Notes: generated by a model not told the origin, from the letters alone. Counted from the first letter of the stretch, positions 9,567-20,257 are shown. The stretch: 32,000 nucleotides of DNA from Synechocystis sp. PCC 6803 substr. PCC-P (GCF_000284455.1 NC_017039.1:2700001-2732000), one strand, 5' to 3'. Numbers and translations are program-made.

Positions 9567-11132
9567 TTAACATGAATTATTCTTTCCCTTTACCCATTTA
9601 GCTAGAATTTTTTCAAAGGGCCTGATCGAAGTACATAGATTGTTTATAAAATACTTTTTTTCATCTTGTGGTAAACCAGAAATGGCGTATAAATAAGCAT
9701 TTTTTTGCCAAGGATCCATCAATTGATAATTTTCTTTGTAATCTCGAAGCCAATCAAAAGCATGATTTTGTTTCGCAGCTAGTAGAATTTCTCTTCTTAC
9801 AAATGGGTCACTCGATGCGTATTGTTCAGTTAATTTTGAGAAATGATTAATATATTTGTTTTTAGTGAAAAGGCTTAAAAGAGAAAGTTTTAGATATTCA
9901 TTGCTCTTAATTTCATCAGAATTTAAGAGAGATAATAATCTTTCTCCAATCTGAATCCATTTATTTTTTTCAATAGATTGTACAGAAGTAAAATAAGCGC
10001 ATATGTTGGCAAGACAAGGACTTAAGTTCTCAATTTCTTGTAGTGAAATTGAAATATCTACGGCACCAGGATGACCTATTTGCGTTAATCTCCGATAAAA
10101 CCATCGAAGACGAATATAATCTACTTGGTCTTTGTCAAGATAATCTTTAATGATCTTCGTAATTATTTCATCAGAAATTGACAACCAATCCTCATCACTA
10201 ATTTTATTGAAAGAAATTGCAATATAAGGATTACCATCAGAATATTTTCTTATGATTCTTAGTATCTTATCTTCATCCGAGGAAATTGGTCTATCTTCAA
10301 TCATAGATGGACACAGCTTTTTAAATTCTTCAGAATTATATGTTTGGGTTTTATGCCTTTGAAGTGTTAATCTTTGTTGCTTATCTAATGTTGATGCAAT
10401 AGAATATGCTAACTGTTTAGCATGATTTCTGGATTTACAGAAAACTATGATATCATCAGCAAAACGAATGAAATTAATTCCCTTAGAAACCAAACAATTA
10501 TCAATAGGGATCATGGTACTTTCTGCGATTAAATGTAAAGCATGAGGCCCAACAGGTATTCCACGAGATACTTTTGCCGTTGTTGATTCTATTAAACTAA
10601 TTATCCATTTTTTTGCTTGATTTGGAAAACCTGATGCAAATAATTGATTTTCTACAGTGTGATGATAAATTTGATTGTAAAAGTCAGCAATATCACAGTA
10701 TAAAACTGTATCAAAGCCATTACTCAGCGCGTATGCACTCTGCCAGAATTGGTTCCAAGAGATTTGATTATCATAAAAACCTGTTTGAAAATCTGGCTTA
10801 AATCTATAACTAAATACTTTTTCTTTTGTTAATCTACGATTTTCAATCTCCTGACCATATTGATAGATTAATGCAGAAAGAATAATTGAATCTTGTGGAT
10901 CTAATTGTGTAGCTTGGCGGTATGCCAATTCATCTTTAGGGACAATAAAACGACGGCAAGAACCAGGTTTAAAACTATCTAAATCTAAGTTTTTATTCTC
11001 AACCTGTTCTACAAATTCATCTGCCATATTATAAATGGCATCTATTTCCAAGACTTTCGGAAAAAAGTCACCATCGGAATGATGATATAAAAAGTTAACT
11101 GCCCAATGAAGTGACTCGCTTGTTAAAGTCAT
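9567..11132 (-). CDS. Standalone reverse transcriptase of the Abi/DRT/'unknown group' style, with a ~190-aa helical C-terminal extension; candidate antiphage protein
   Basis: 521 aa. Motif A VLYCDIADFYNQIYHHTVENQL, motif B-like RGIPVGPHALHLIAE, catalytic INFIRFADDIIVFCKS, motif D-like LTLQRHKTQTY. The C-terminus SSDPFVRREILLAAKQNHAFDWLRDYKENYQLMDPWQKNAYLYAISGLPQDEKKYFI looks like HEAT-type helical repeats. No maturase X domain, HNH or intron boundary seen. Confidence 0.85.
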   Translation of the reverse strand: MTLTSESLHWAVNFLYHHSDGDFFPKVLEIDAIYNMADEFVEQVENKNLDLDSFKPGSCRRFIVPKDELAYRQATQLDPQDSIILSALIYQYGQEIENRRLTKEKVFSYRFKPDFQTGFYDNQISWNQFWQSAYALSNGFDTVLYCDIADFYNQIYHHTVENQLFASGFPNQAKKWIISLIESTTAKVSRGIPVGPHALHLIAESTMIPIDNCLVSKGINFIRFADDIIVFCKSRNHAKQLAYSIASTLDKQQRLTLQRHKTQTYNSEEFKKLCPSMIEDRPISSDEDKILRIIRKYSDGNPYIAISFNKISDEDWLSISDEIITKIIKDYLDKDQVDYIRLRWFYRRLTQIGHPGAVDISISLQEIENLSPCLANICAYFTSVQSIEKNKWIQIGERLLSLLNSDEIKSNEYLKLSLLSLFTKNKYINHFSKLTEQYASSDPFVRREILLAAKQNHAFDWLRDYKENYQLMDPWQKNAYLYAISGLPQDEKKYFINNLCTSIRPFEKILAKWVKGKNNSC

Positions 11133-11206
11133 TTTTTTGTTCTGTTGTATGGGACAAGCTAGGCTTAATGGGTCTAGAGCGTCCCAATCATGACAAACTA
11201 GCCTAG
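11133..11206 (-). other. Candidate structured RNA segment between carB and the RT gene (pseudoknot-like interleaved inverted repeats)
   Basis: CTAGGCT (11159-11165)/AGCCTAG (11200-11206) interleaved with TGGGAC (11150-11155)/GTCCCA (11181-11186). Confidence 0.25.
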
Positions 11207-14200
11207 ATAATCCTGCAATGCTTTAACGTCTAAAGGGTGATCCTGCAGACTGCGGAGGGCGGCAACGGTGGCTTTTCCTCCGGCGATCGTGGTGATGATG
11301 GGCAATTTATAATCCAACGCAGCCCGGCGAATGGTGCGGCCATCCAACTGGGACTCCTCGCCGCTGGGGGTGTTGATAATAAATTGGATTTGGCCGTTTT
11401 TGATCCAGTCAATGACGTGGGGTCGCCCTTCGTGGAGTTTTAACACCACTTCCACCCCTTCAATGCCATGTTCCCGCAGAACTTTTTGGGTACCAGAGGT
11501 AGCGACAACCTTAAAGCCCAGGTCAATTAATTCCCGCACTACGGGCACCGCCGCCTCTTTGGTGCGATCGCTCATGGACACAAATACCGTTCCGGTGGTG
11601 GCTAAAATTACCCCCGCTCCCAACTCTGCCTTCGCAAAGGCTTTACCAAAGTCGCTGTCAATGCCCATGACTTCCCCAGTGGAACGCATTTCTGGCCCCA
11701 GCAAAGTATCCGCCCCGGGGAATTTACTGAAGGGAAGAACGGCTTCTTTAACGGCCACGTGTTGGGGAATAAATTCCTCCGTTACCCCTAATTCTTCTAG
11801 GGTTTTGCCGGACATGACCAGGGAAGCAATTTTGGCCAAAGGACGGCCGGTGGCTTTACTGACATAGGGAACGGTGCGGGAAGCCCGGGGGTTAGCTTCG
11901 AGGATATAAACCTGGTCCCCCTGCACTGCGTACTGAATATTCATTAGACCCACCACGTTTAAGGCCCGGGCCAATTGTTCTGTCCATTGGCGGATGGTGG
12001 TCAGAACGTTATCGGAAAGGCTGGTGTAGGGAATGGAACAGGCGGAGTCCCCGGAATGGATGCCCGCTTCTTCGATGTGTTCCATGATGCTACCGATGAC
12101 CACTTTGCCGGTGCTATCGGTGAGGGAGTCCACGTCCACTTCAATGGCATTTTCCAGAAACTTGTCAATTAAAATGGGGTGGTCCGGCTCAATTTGCACC
12201 GCATAGGTCATGTACCGTTCTAATTCTTCATCGGAATAGACGATTTCCATGGCTCTTCCCCCTAGCACGTAGGAAGGGCGCACCACAACGGGATAACTAA
12301 TGCGGTTGGCCACCACTCTGGACTCTTCATAATCCCTGGCAATGCCGTTGGGAGGTTGGCTAATTTCCAGCTCGTGGAGAATCTTCTCAAATCGTTCCCG
12401 GTCTTCAGCGGTGTCGATGGAGTCAGGGGAAGTGCCCCAAATTTTAGTCTGCACGGGGCAATCGGGACTGTTTAAATACTTTTGCAGGGGAACTGCCAGT
12501 TTCAAAGGCGTTTGACCACCAAATTGGATAATGATGCCCACTGGGTTTTCCGCTTCAATAATATTTAAAACGTCTTCTTTCGTTAACGGCTCAAAATAGA
12601 GGCGATCGCTCGTGTCGTAGTCGGTGGAAACGGTTTCCGGGTTGGAGTTGACCATGATGGTTTCATAGCCCGCATCACTGAGGGAAAAGGCGGCATGGCA
12701 ACAGCAGTAATCAAATTCAATGCCTTGGCCAATGCGGTTGGGCCCCCCCCCCAGGATCATCACTTTGGGTTTGTCCGATGGCAATACTTCGCACTCTTCC
12801 GGTTCGTAGGTGGAGTAGTAGTAGGGGGTGAAGGCTTCAAATTCCGCCGCACAGGTGTCCACCACTTTATACACGGGGGTAATGCCCAAGGATTTGCGGT
12901 AGGCCCGCACTTCGTCTTCCGTGGTTTTGGTGGCAAAGGCTATCTGGCGATCGCCAAAGCCCTGTTGTTTGATGTAGCGCAGATCTGCGGCCGTGAGGTC
13001 TTTTAAACTCCGTTGTTTCATATATTTTTCTGTTTTGACCAAATCCTCTAGTTTGTCTAAAAACCAAGGATCGATCGCCGTCAACTCATGAATTTCTTCC
13101 ACTGTCATGCCCAAATTAAACGCATGGTGCAAAGAAAAGACCCGCTCTGGGTTGGGAGTCCGCAACTGGGAACGCAAATGGGACAGCGTCGGCAAAGTCT
13201 CATGGCGATCGCAACCGAAGCCGAACCGTCCTGTTTCCAAGGAACGTAACGCCTTTTGGAAAGATTCTTGGAAAGTACGACCAATGGCCATGGCTTCCCC
13301 GACGGATTTCATTTGGGTGTTTAAAATTGGCTCGGCCCCAGGGAATTTTTCAAAGGCAAAGCGGGGAATTTTGGTCACCACGTAATCAATGGTGGGTTCA
13401 AAGGAAGCGGGAGTCTTCTTAGTGATGTCGTTGGAAATTTCGTTGAGGGTATAGCCCACTGCTAACTTGGCCGCAAATTTGGCAATGGGGAAACCCGTGG
13501 CCTTAGAAGCCAGGGCCGAAGAACGGGAGACTCGGGGATTCATCTCGATCACAATCACATCGCCATTGGCCGGGTTAACGGAAAACTGAATGTTTGACCC
13601 CCCTGTTTCCACGCCAATTTCCCGAATAATGGCAATTGAATAGTCCCGTAGCCGTTGATATTCCTTATCGGTCAAAGTCTGGGCGGGAGCAACGGTAATG
13701 GAATCCCCAGTGTGAACCCCCATGGGGTCAAAGTTTTCAATGGAGCAGATAATGACCACGTTATCGGCCAAATCCCGCATCACTTCCAGCTCGTATTCCT
13801 TCCAGCCCAACAGGGATTTTTCCACCAGAATTTGGGACATGGGGGACTGATCCAAGCCGTATTGCACCATCTCCTCATATTCTTCTTGGTTGTAGGCAAT
13901 GCCGCCCCCCGTACCTGCCAACGTAAAAGCAGGGCGAATAATTAACGGATAGGAACCAATTTCATGGGCCACCTGCCGAGCTTCTTCGATGCTACTGGCG
14001 ATGCCCGATGGACAAACGGGAACCCCAATGCGGGCCATGGCTTCCTTGAATAATTCCCGGTCTTCCCCCATTTCGATCGCCGGCAGTTTCGCCCCAATTA
14101 ATTCCACCCCATATTTTTCCAGCACCCCGGACTTAGACAGAGATACCGCCAGGTTCAATGCCGTTTGCCCCCCCATGGTGGGTAAAACTGCGTCCGGCCG

Positions 14201-14443
14201 TTCTTTTTCAATAATTTTTTCCACAATTTCCGGAATGAGCGGCTCAATGTAGGTGCGATCCGCCAACTCCGGGTCAGTCATGATCGATGCTGGGTTGGAG
14301 TTTACCAACACCACTTCATAACCTTCTTCCTTCAACGCCTTACACGCCTGGGTGCCCGAATAATCAAATTCGCAAGCTTGACCAATAACAATGGGGCCAG
14401 CCCCCAAAATCATAATTTTGTTTAAGTCGTTGCGGCGTGGCAT
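11198..14443 (-). CDS. carB: Carbamoyl-phosphate synthase large subunit
   Basis: [58 protein letters not shown]... with both duplicated ATP-grasp halves and MGS-like C-terminus. Internal Met at 14443 (1081 aa) preferred to the track start at 14515. Confidence 0.97.
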   Translation of the reverse strand: MPRRNDLNKIMILGAGPIVIGQACEFDYSGTQACKALKEEGYEVVLVNSNPASIMTDPELADRTYIEPLIPEIVEKIIEKERPDAVLPTMGGQTALNLAVSLSKSGVLEKYGVELIGAKLPAIEMGEDRELFKEAMARIGVPVCPSGIASSIEEARQVAHEIGSYPLIIRPAFTLAGTGGGIAYNQEEYEEMVQYGLDQSPMSQILVEKSLLGWKEYELEVMRDLADNVVIICSIENFDPMGVHTGDSITVAPAQTLTDKEYQRLRDYSIAIIREIGVETGGSNIQFSVNPANGDVIVIEMNPRVSRSSALASKATGFPIAKFAAKLAVGYTLNEISNDITKKTPASFEPTIDYVVTKIPRFAFEKFPGAEPILNTQMKSVGEAMAIGRTFQESFQKALRSLETGRFGFGCDRHETLPTLSHLRSQLRTPNPERVFSLHHAFNLGMTVEEIHELTAIDPWFLDKLEDLVKTEKYMKQRSLKDLTAADLRYIKQQGFGDRQIAFATKTTEDEVRAYRKSLGITPVYKVVDTCAAEFEAFTPYYYSTYEPEECEVLPSDKPKVMILGGGPNRIGQGIEFDYCCCHAAFSLSDAGYETIMVNSNPETVSTDYDTSDRLYFEPLTKEDVLNIIEAENPVGIIIQFGGQTPLKLAVPLQKYLNSPDCPVQTKIWGTSPDSIDTAEDRERFEKILHELEISQPPNGIARDYEESRVVANRISYPVVVRPSYVLGGRAMEIVYSDEELERYMTYAVQIEPDHPILIDKFLENAIEVDVDSLTDSTGKVVIGSIMEHIEEAGIHSGDSACSIPYTSLSDNVLTTIRQWTEQLARALNVVGLMNIQYAVQGDQVYILEANPRASRTVPYVSKATGRPLAKIASLVMSGKTLEELGVTEEFIPQHVAVKEAVLPFSKFPGADTLLGPEMRSTGEVMGIDSDFGKAFAKAELGAGVILATTGTVFVSMSDRTKEAAVPVVRELIDLGFKVVATSGTQKVLREHGIEGVEVVLKLHEGRPHVIDWIKNGQIQFIINTPSGEESQLDGRTIRRAALDYKLPIITTIAGGKATVAALRSLQDHPLDVKALQDYLG

Positions 14444-14561
14444 AGGTAAAACTGTCCGAGACGTGATGGGGATTTCGATCCCAATCATTGTATAGGCTTT
14501 ATCGGCGATCGCCACCCGTTCCCATATCCAGGTTTATTGACCAAAAATCCGGGTCCGAATC

Positions 14562-14990
14562 CTATTTAATCGCCCCCACCGCCCAGCCTAGGGCACAGGC
14601 GATCGCCACCACGCAAGAAGTCTTAAAAGCATTGATGGTAGTGGGTTGTACCTGGGCATCTTCCCTTTCTTCCTCAGTTTTGGCCCGACTAAATCGACGT
14701 TTTTGCACGGAGAAATAAACAATTTGGGAAACAATGGACAGGGTTAGGGGCAAAAAGACCCAGCGACTAGCTAAGACCAAAGTTATCCCGGTGGCTAAAG
14801 TGAAAATGCTACCCAAAAATAAAAAATAGCTCAGTAATTTATCCTGTTTTTTTAAGGCGATCGCCTCTATGGCCCGGTCTAAAAAGAGGGATTCCCGCGC
14901 CGCCTGTAGGGTCAGAAAGCCGCCAAAAATCCAAAACGCACCAAAAAGCCGCAGACAGGATTGAAAACCAATGACAAAAAAATTCTGCAT
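14562..14990 (-). CDS. Small membrane protein with ~4 predicted TM segments, conserved hypothetical type
   Basis: 142 aa ORF: LLSYFLFLGSIFTLATGITLVLASRWVFLPLTLSIVSQIVYF...SCVVAIACALGWAVGAIK. Confidence 0.7.
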   Translation of the reverse strand: MQNFFVIGFQSCLRLFGAFWIFGGFLTLQAARESLFLDRAIEAIALKKQDKLLSYFLFLGSIFTLATGITLVLASRWVFLPLTLSIVSQIVYFSVQKRRFSRAKTEEEREDAQVQPTTINAFKTSCVVAIACALGWAVGAIK

Positions 14991-15003
14991 TTTGAGTTGA
15001 AAA

Positions 15004-15540
15004 TTAACCTTTAATTAACTCCACCGTGTCCCGACCATCGGGATCCTGTAAATATACTTTCACCTGTTCCTCCGCCGCTGTAGGCAGGATTTTGCCAACA
15101 AAATCAGGATGGATGGGTAACTCTCGATGACCCCGGTCTACCAAAGTTAATAAACGAATTACCTGGGGACGACCATATTCTGTCACCGCATTGAGTGCCG
15201 CCCGGATAGTGCGGCCTTTATAAATTACGTCATCCACCAATACAACCCTTTTGCCAGTCAAACTGAGGGGAATTTTGGTTTTAGCCGGGGTGCGGGTTTT
15301 GATCCGTTTTAAATCGTCCCGGTAGAGAGTCACATCGATCGCCCCAACGGGGACTTTAACTTGTTCCAACATTTCAATTTGCTGGGCAAGCTGATGGGCG
15401 AGGGGTACTCCCCTGGTGTAGATCCCCAGTAAGACCAACTCCGACAGGTCACTATTTTTCTCAATTACCTGGGAAGCCAGACGGGTAAGGGTACGTCGGA
15501 TTTCCTCCGGGGAAAGAATTTCAATGATCTGGGCCGCCAT
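15004..15540 (-). CDS. pyrR: PyrR bifunctional pyr regulator / uracil phosphoribosyltransferase
   Basis: PRPP-binding motif [20 protein letters not shown]; [43 protein letters not shown] is characteristic of PyrR. Confidence 0.93.
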   Translation of the reverse strand: MAAQIIEILSPEEIRRTLTRLASQVIEKNSDLSELVLLGIYTRGVPLAHQLAQQIEMLEQVKVPVGAIDVTLYRDDLKRIKTRTPAKTKIPLSLTGKRVVLVDDVIYKGRTIRAALNAVTEYGRPQVIRLLTLVDRGHRELPIHPDFVGKILPTAAEEQVKVYLQDPDGRDTVELIKG

Positions 15541-15876
15541 GGCTCACCACCTGCACCGATGCCAAAAAGTTGTTTTGTCACTGACACTGTAACAGGGGAA
15601 AGTCTCCTCTGTTCACCCTGCCGGACAGTGGGGGCGTGGTATGATCTAGAACGTCGATTGTTACATTTCTTAATGAATTCCTAATCTTTATGGCTCCAGC
15701 CCCGGAGTTTACCTCCAGGGGTAGTCTGGCTCGACTGTGATTATTGCCCATAATCCAGACCCGTCGGCGGTGCAGAGGTCTTTTACGGATACAATTTTAG
15801 AGACTGCATCATTCGATACAATCAAGGCGATTGGAGCATTAGGGCTAAAAAACATACCCATAACCTCCAGTTTATT

Positions 15877-16581
15877 GTGACCATTGCTTCTTCCCATTCC
15901 ATCAATAACGGCATGAACACCGGTAAATTAGTGAATCAGCTTTCCTCCCTACCTGACCGTAATACCCACAATGGGCAAGAGGTGAAATATCATCCCGAAA
16001 ATGTTGAGTTGAATAAAGAAAAAATGATGGACGCGGTGCGCGTCATGTTGGAGTCAGTAGGGGAAGATCCGGAAAGGGAAGGCTTGCTAAAAACCCCCAA
16101 ACGGGTAGCAGAAGCAATGCAATTTTTGACCCAGGGTTATGACCAATCCTTGGAAAAATTAGTCAATGGCGCCATTTTTGACGAAGGTCATAACGAAATG
16201 GTATTGGTGCGGGACATTGATTTTTTCAGTTTGTGTGAACATCACATGTTGCCCTTTATGGGTAAGGCCCATTTGGCTTATATTCCCAACCAAAAAGTAG
16301 TGGGACTGAGCAAACTGGCCCGCATCGTGGAAATGTTTTCCCGCCGTCTCCAGGTACAGGAGCGTCTCACCAGGCAGATCGCCGAAGCAGTACAGGAAAT
16401 CCTCGATCCCCAAGGTGTGGCAGTGGTGATGGAAGCCACCCACATGTGCATGGTAATGCGTGGTGTACAAAAACCAGGTTCCTGGACAGTGACCAGTGCC
16501 ATGATTGGTTCTTTCCAAAATGAACAAAAAACCAGAGAAGAGTTTTTGAACCTGATTCGCCATCAACCTAATTTCTATTAA
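15877..16581 (+). CDS. folE: GTP cyclohydrolase I
   Basis: [60 protein letters not shown]...[11 protein letters not shown] start at 15877; an alternative ATG is at 15913. Confidence 0.96.
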   Translation: MTIASSHSINNGMNTGKLVNQLSSLPDRNTHNGQEVKYHPENVELNKEKMMDAVRVMLESVGEDPEREGLLKTPKRVAEAMQFLTQGYDQSLEKLVNGAIFDEGHNEMVLVRDIDFFSLCEHHMLPFMGKAHLAYIPNQKVVGLSKLARIVEMFSRRLQVQERLTRQIAEAVQEILDPQGVAVVMEATHMCMVMRGVQKPGSWTVTSAMIGSFQNEQKTREEFLNLIRHQPNFY

Positions 16582-16789
16582 TTGTTTCCTGGGGAGAATT
16601 ATCTAAAACCCATCGAATTAGTTAGGGTTTTGGGAGAAATATTTAGTAATCAATCTCAGACATTGAAAATCTACTTGGATTGGTTTAGCAATGCTGAGAT
16701 GGATAGGGCTAGGTATAACTTCTCCCCCAGAAGTAGTTTTGATCATTCTAATGACCCAGTGATGTTTCCTTGTTAGCGGGCTTAATTCC

Positions 16790-18040
16790 ATGGCGGCTGA
16801 GATTATCTGTGTTGGCACCGAGTTATTGCTGGGGGAAATCCTTAACAGTAATAGTCAATATTTAGCCCAGGAGTTGGCCCGCCTTGGCATTCCCCATTAT
16901 TTTCAAACGGTGGTGGGGGATAATCCGGAGCGCATCAAACGGGCGATCGCCATTGCCCGGGAACGGGCCCAAATTCTCATTTTTACTGGGGGATTAGGGC
17001 CTACCCCGGACGATTTGACCACGGAAACCATAGCGGATTTTTTCCGGACTCCTTTACAGGAAAACATCGCTGTTATTGCCGATATTGAAGCAAAATTTGC
17101 CCAAACGGGGCGCCCCATGGCCGCCAATAATCGTAAGCAAGCTCTGCTTCCCCTGGGGGCAGAATTATTGGCCAATGCAACGGGAACGGCCCCAGGCATG
17201 ATTTGGCATCCCCAACCGGACCTATTGATTTTGACTTTCCCTGGGGTGCCATCAGAAATGCGTCAAATGTGGCAAGGGGTGGCGGTGCCCTATCTACAAA
17301 GCCAGGGCTGGGGAAAAACCACCATCTACAGCCGAGTGTTGCGCTTTCAGGGCATTGGCGAATCGGCCCTGGCAGAAAAAGTAACGGATTTTTTCACTTT
17401 GACCAATCCCACCGTGGCCCCCTATGCCGGTAAAGGGGAAGTGCGTTTGAGAATTTCCTGTCCCGCTTCTTCGGAAGCCCTGGCCAAAGAAATTATTGAT
17501 CCAATAGCAGAGGAAATTAAGGCGATCGCCGGTTTGGACTATTTTGGCCAGGATGAAGATACCATTGCGTCGGTGGTGGGGGCCCTGTTGCGAGAACGGG
17601 GAGAAACCGTAGCGGTGGCGGAATCCTGCACAGGCGGCGGTTTAGGAGCTTTGTTGACCGATCAACCAGGCAGTTCTGACTACTTCTGGGGCGGAGTCAT
17701 TGCCTACTATAATCAGGTGAAAATTAAACTTCTCGGGGTGGATCCGGAAATCATTGAATACTGTGGGGCGGTTAGTGAAGCCACAGCGGAGGCGATGGCC
17801 CTGGGAGTGAAAGAAAGACTGGGTACAGATTGGGGCATTGCCATTACCGGCATTGCTGGCCCCGGTGGTGGGACGGAGGAAAAACCTATTGGTACAGTGT
17901 ACGTTGGCCTGGCGGATCCCCATGGTCAAGCTAGCCATATCTTGTTGCAATTTGGCGATCGCCGGGGACGGGAATGGATTAGATATTTGAGTGCTTGCCA
18001 AGCATTGGATCATCTGCGGCGGCGTTTACAGAGTAGCTGA
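16790..18040 (+). CDS. cinA: CinA-like competence/damage-inducible protein (MoaB-like plus nicotinamide-nucleotide amidase domains)
   Basis: MAAEIICVGTELLLGEILNSNSQYLAQELA; FTGGLGPTPDDLTTE; VAVAESCTGGGLGALLTDQPGSS; GIAGPGGGTEEKPIGTVYV. Confidence 0.95.
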   Translation: MAAEIICVGTELLLGEILNSNSQYLAQELARLGIPHYFQTVVGDNPERIKRAIAIARERAQILIFTGGLGPTPDDLTTETIADFFRTPLQENIAVIADIEAKFAQTGRPMAANNRKQALLPLGAELLANATGTAPGMIWHPQPDLLILTFPGVPSEMRQMWQGVAVPYLQSQGWGKTTIYSRVLRFQGIGESALAEKVTDFFTLTNPTVAPYAGKGEVRLRISCPASSEALAKEIIDPIAEEIKAIAGLDYFGQDEDTIASVVGALLRERGETVAVAESCTGGGLGALLTDQPGSSDYFWGGVIAYYNQVKIKLLGVDPEIIEYCGAVSEATAEAMALGVKERLGTDWGIAITGIAGPGGGTEEKPIGTVYVGLADPHGQASHILLQFGDRRGREWIRYLSACQALDHLRRRLQSS

Positions 18041-18076
18041 GTTAGCTGAATCCCACTAATTTTTCCCCATTTTTCT

Positions 18077-18529
18077 CTAGCCTCCAAAAGCATCGGTTAA
18101 ATATTGCTCCAACCGCAGGCGGTAACCTTGCCAGACAATGGTTTGGCCCATCTGGAAATTGGTCGGTAAATTAGCAAACTTCCCCTCGGCATTCTCCCCT
18201 GTAGGAACGGAACCCTGGGAAAAAACGATCATCACATCGAAACGACAGTTCCAATCACTCCACTGGGGCTGACTAGCAAGGAAATGGTTGGCTGTTTGCC
18301 AGATTTTTTCCTGCTTACGGGCGTTGACCGCCAACAATCCCCCCTGGTCCCAATTGCCGCCGCTACGGGTTTTTACCTCCACAAAGGCGATAATTTTGGT
18401 GTCCGGAAAATGGGTAATTAAGTCAATTTCTCCCCACGGCGATCGCCAGCGTTGTTGCAGGATTTTTCCGCCCTGCTGTTCAAGCCAGGCCGCCACCAAA
18501 CTTTCCCCGGCCTGTCCTAAATCCGTCAT
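18077..18529 (-). CDS. YraN/UPF0102 family endonuclease-like protein
   Basis: GESLVAAWLEQQGGKILQQRWRSPWGEIDLI...KIIAFVEVKTRSG, a UPF0102 core; next to cinA. Confidence 0.85.
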   Translation of the reverse strand: MTDLGQAGESLVAAWLEQQGGKILQQRWRSPWGEIDLITHFPDTKIIAFVEVKTRSGGNWDQGGLLAVNARKQEKIWQTANHFLASQPQWSDWNCRFDVMIVFSQGSVPTGENAEGKFANLPTNFQMGQTIVWQGYRLRLEQYLTDAFGG

Positions 18530-18555
18530 GGTTGCTTGTTCGTTTACACCATTAA

Positions 18556-20061
18556 CTACTTTTTGGATTGGATGGGCCCCGGCAAACCATTGTTATTGTT
18601 CAGGCCAGGAGCTTGGCTTTGGGTTTCTTCTGCTTCTGTTTCCCCATTATTGCCATTGGGTTGGGGCGGCACAATGGAAGGAGCCTGATTTTGTTGTAGC
18701 AACATTTCTCCCTTCGTTTTCGGCAAAGAAGGTTGAGATGAAGTCGGGGTTGGGGTGGCTGTTGGGGCTGGCGCCGGTGCAGAACGGGTAGGGGACGGAG
18801 CCACGTTCATAGGAGGATCACTGGGAGTGGTAGTGGGCTGTCGTCGGGGCGCTGGGGCATCGGGCATGGGGGAAGACCGCACCGCCGGTGGAGGCGTGGG
18901 CTGAGGCTGCAGGGGAGCAGGGGAAGGAGCTATGCCTGGGGCGGGGCTAATCGTGGGGGCCGGGGTAACTTGGGAAGGCGTAGGGACAGTCGGCACTGCT
19001 GGATTGGTGGTTTCTCCACCGGGGGGAATGAATTGATCCACACCACCACAAATCTCGGCATCATATTTAAAGGAAACTGTCACCTGGGTGGGTTCACCAT
19101 AGGTTCTGTTGGCGATCGCCTGTTCAGCTAGCTGATTGAAGATGGGATAGCGGGAGCGGCCCACCAGATCTTTCTGACCGCTGGGAAAAACGTTATAGAC
19201 CACCGTAGCTTCCGTACGATTACGACAGGCAATGGGGGGATAGGCGCCGCTAATGGTGTCCTTCGCTTTTAAAGCCTGGCCTTGCTGGGCAATGGAAACC
19301 AGCGTATTTTCCCGCAGCTTTTCTGGAGAAGTGTCTTCTCCCTCCGCCCTCAAACCCGGTTCCTGGGGAGTAGTAATGCCCTGGGGAGCCCTAGTAATAA
19401 AGCCTGTGCCCTGGGAAGGAGGTAAGGGTCCAAAATCAGGCCGGTTGGGGCCGGGGCCCAGGGGATTCATGCCCTGGTCTGGGGTGGGAGCAAATAGGCC
19501 TGGGGGACGGGGAATCTGTCTGGTGGAAGGGAACCGGGGTAGGGAAGGAATGGGGGGACCAGTGATGGGTAAACGGCTCAAATTGCCATAGCTAGTCAGG
19601 GGGGGCAAATTGGGGTAGGCCGGTAAATTGGGCATGGCCGGTGGCGGTGGCATAATGCCCGGCCCCGAAGGCAAGGAATAGTTGTAGTCGCCGCTAGGAG
19701 GAATGGGCAAATTTGGGTCAGCGGGAATGGCACCTGGGTCACTACCACTGGGGGCAGTGGGAAAAAGGCCACTGCTAGAAAAAATGTCCGTTTCTGGTAA
19801 ACGACTTTGTTCTGCTGGAGTTAATTCGATCACTCCCACGGGATTGCGGTCTGTCAGGTTATCCCCAGCGGATTCTTGCCATTGCCAATGGGGTAAAGCC
19901 AAGCCCAAAATAAAGCCATGGATGCCGAGGGAACTCAAAATAGCCACATTGACCGGAGTGAAAACCTGGCCCAATGAGGGAGCATTGCTTAACCTGAGGG
20001 GTAAATCCATTGCCATAGGTTGATCGCCATCCAGAAAAACTTTGACGGTCCCAGTCTCCAT
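18556..20061 (-). CDS. Proline-rich membrane-anchored protein with TonB-like architecture
   Basis: 501 aa: single N-terminal TM (VNVAILSSLGIHGFILGLALPHW), a long Pro-rich linker, and a small globular domain GAYPPIACRNRTEATVVYNVFPSGQKDLVGRSRYPIFNQLAEQAIANRTYGEPTQVTVSFKY, then a Pro/Thr-rich tail. Confidence 0.7.
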   Translation of the reverse strand: METGTVKVFLDGDQPMAMDLPLRLSNAPSLGQVFTPVNVAILSSLGIHGFILGLALPHWQWQESAGDNLTDRNPVGVIELTPAEQSRLPETDIFSSSGLFPTAPSGSDPGAIPADPNLPIPPSGDYNYSLPSGPGIMPPPPAMPNLPAYPNLPPLTSYGNLSRLPITGPPIPSLPRFPSTRQIPRPPGLFAPTPDQGMNPLGPGPNRPDFGPLPPSQGTGFITRAPQGITTPQEPGLRAEGEDTSPEKLRENTLVSIAQQGQALKAKDTISGAYPPIACRNRTEATVVYNVFPSGQKDLVGRSRYPIFNQLAEQAIANRTYGEPTQVTVSFKYDAEICGGVDQFIPPGGETTNPAVPTVPTPSQVTPAPTISPAPGIAPSPAPLQPQPTPPPAVRSSPMPDAPAPRRQPTTTPSDPPMNVAPSPTRSAPAPAPTATPTPTSSQPSLPKTKGEMLLQQNQAPSIVPPQPNGNNGETEAEETQSQAPGLNNNNGLPGPIQSKK

Positions 20062-20257
20062 CAGGGCAAAGTGAGGAAAAATGCCGGTGCTGGAGGCCGT
20101 TTACACAGTTCCCTCAAAATAACACAAACCCTTTGGCGATCGGTGTTAGCCCTGGGCCACTGTCCCCATCCCCTCCAGATGGCAGAGCAAAAATGATAGG
20201 TTAGGATGCTAGATTGCCTTTGATTCCCTCGCCAATATAGATCGCCGTTGATTATTT

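Noticed and set aside
9567-11132. Group II intron or retron interpretation of the RT
   Set aside because: No domain V-like hairpin, 5' GUGYG boundary, maturase X or HNH domain, and the flanking carB is intact. The C-terminus is a long helical extension unlike retron RTs. A retron-like ncRNA could not be excluded by eye.
11331-14252. Several + strand ORFs inside carB (11331-11867, 12695-13006, 13655-13945 and others)
   Set aside because: All are antisense shadows of the conserved carB coding sequence.
19253-20023. Plus-strand ORFs inside the proline-rich gene
   Set aside because: Shadow frames of Pro/Gly-rich codons on the opposite strand.
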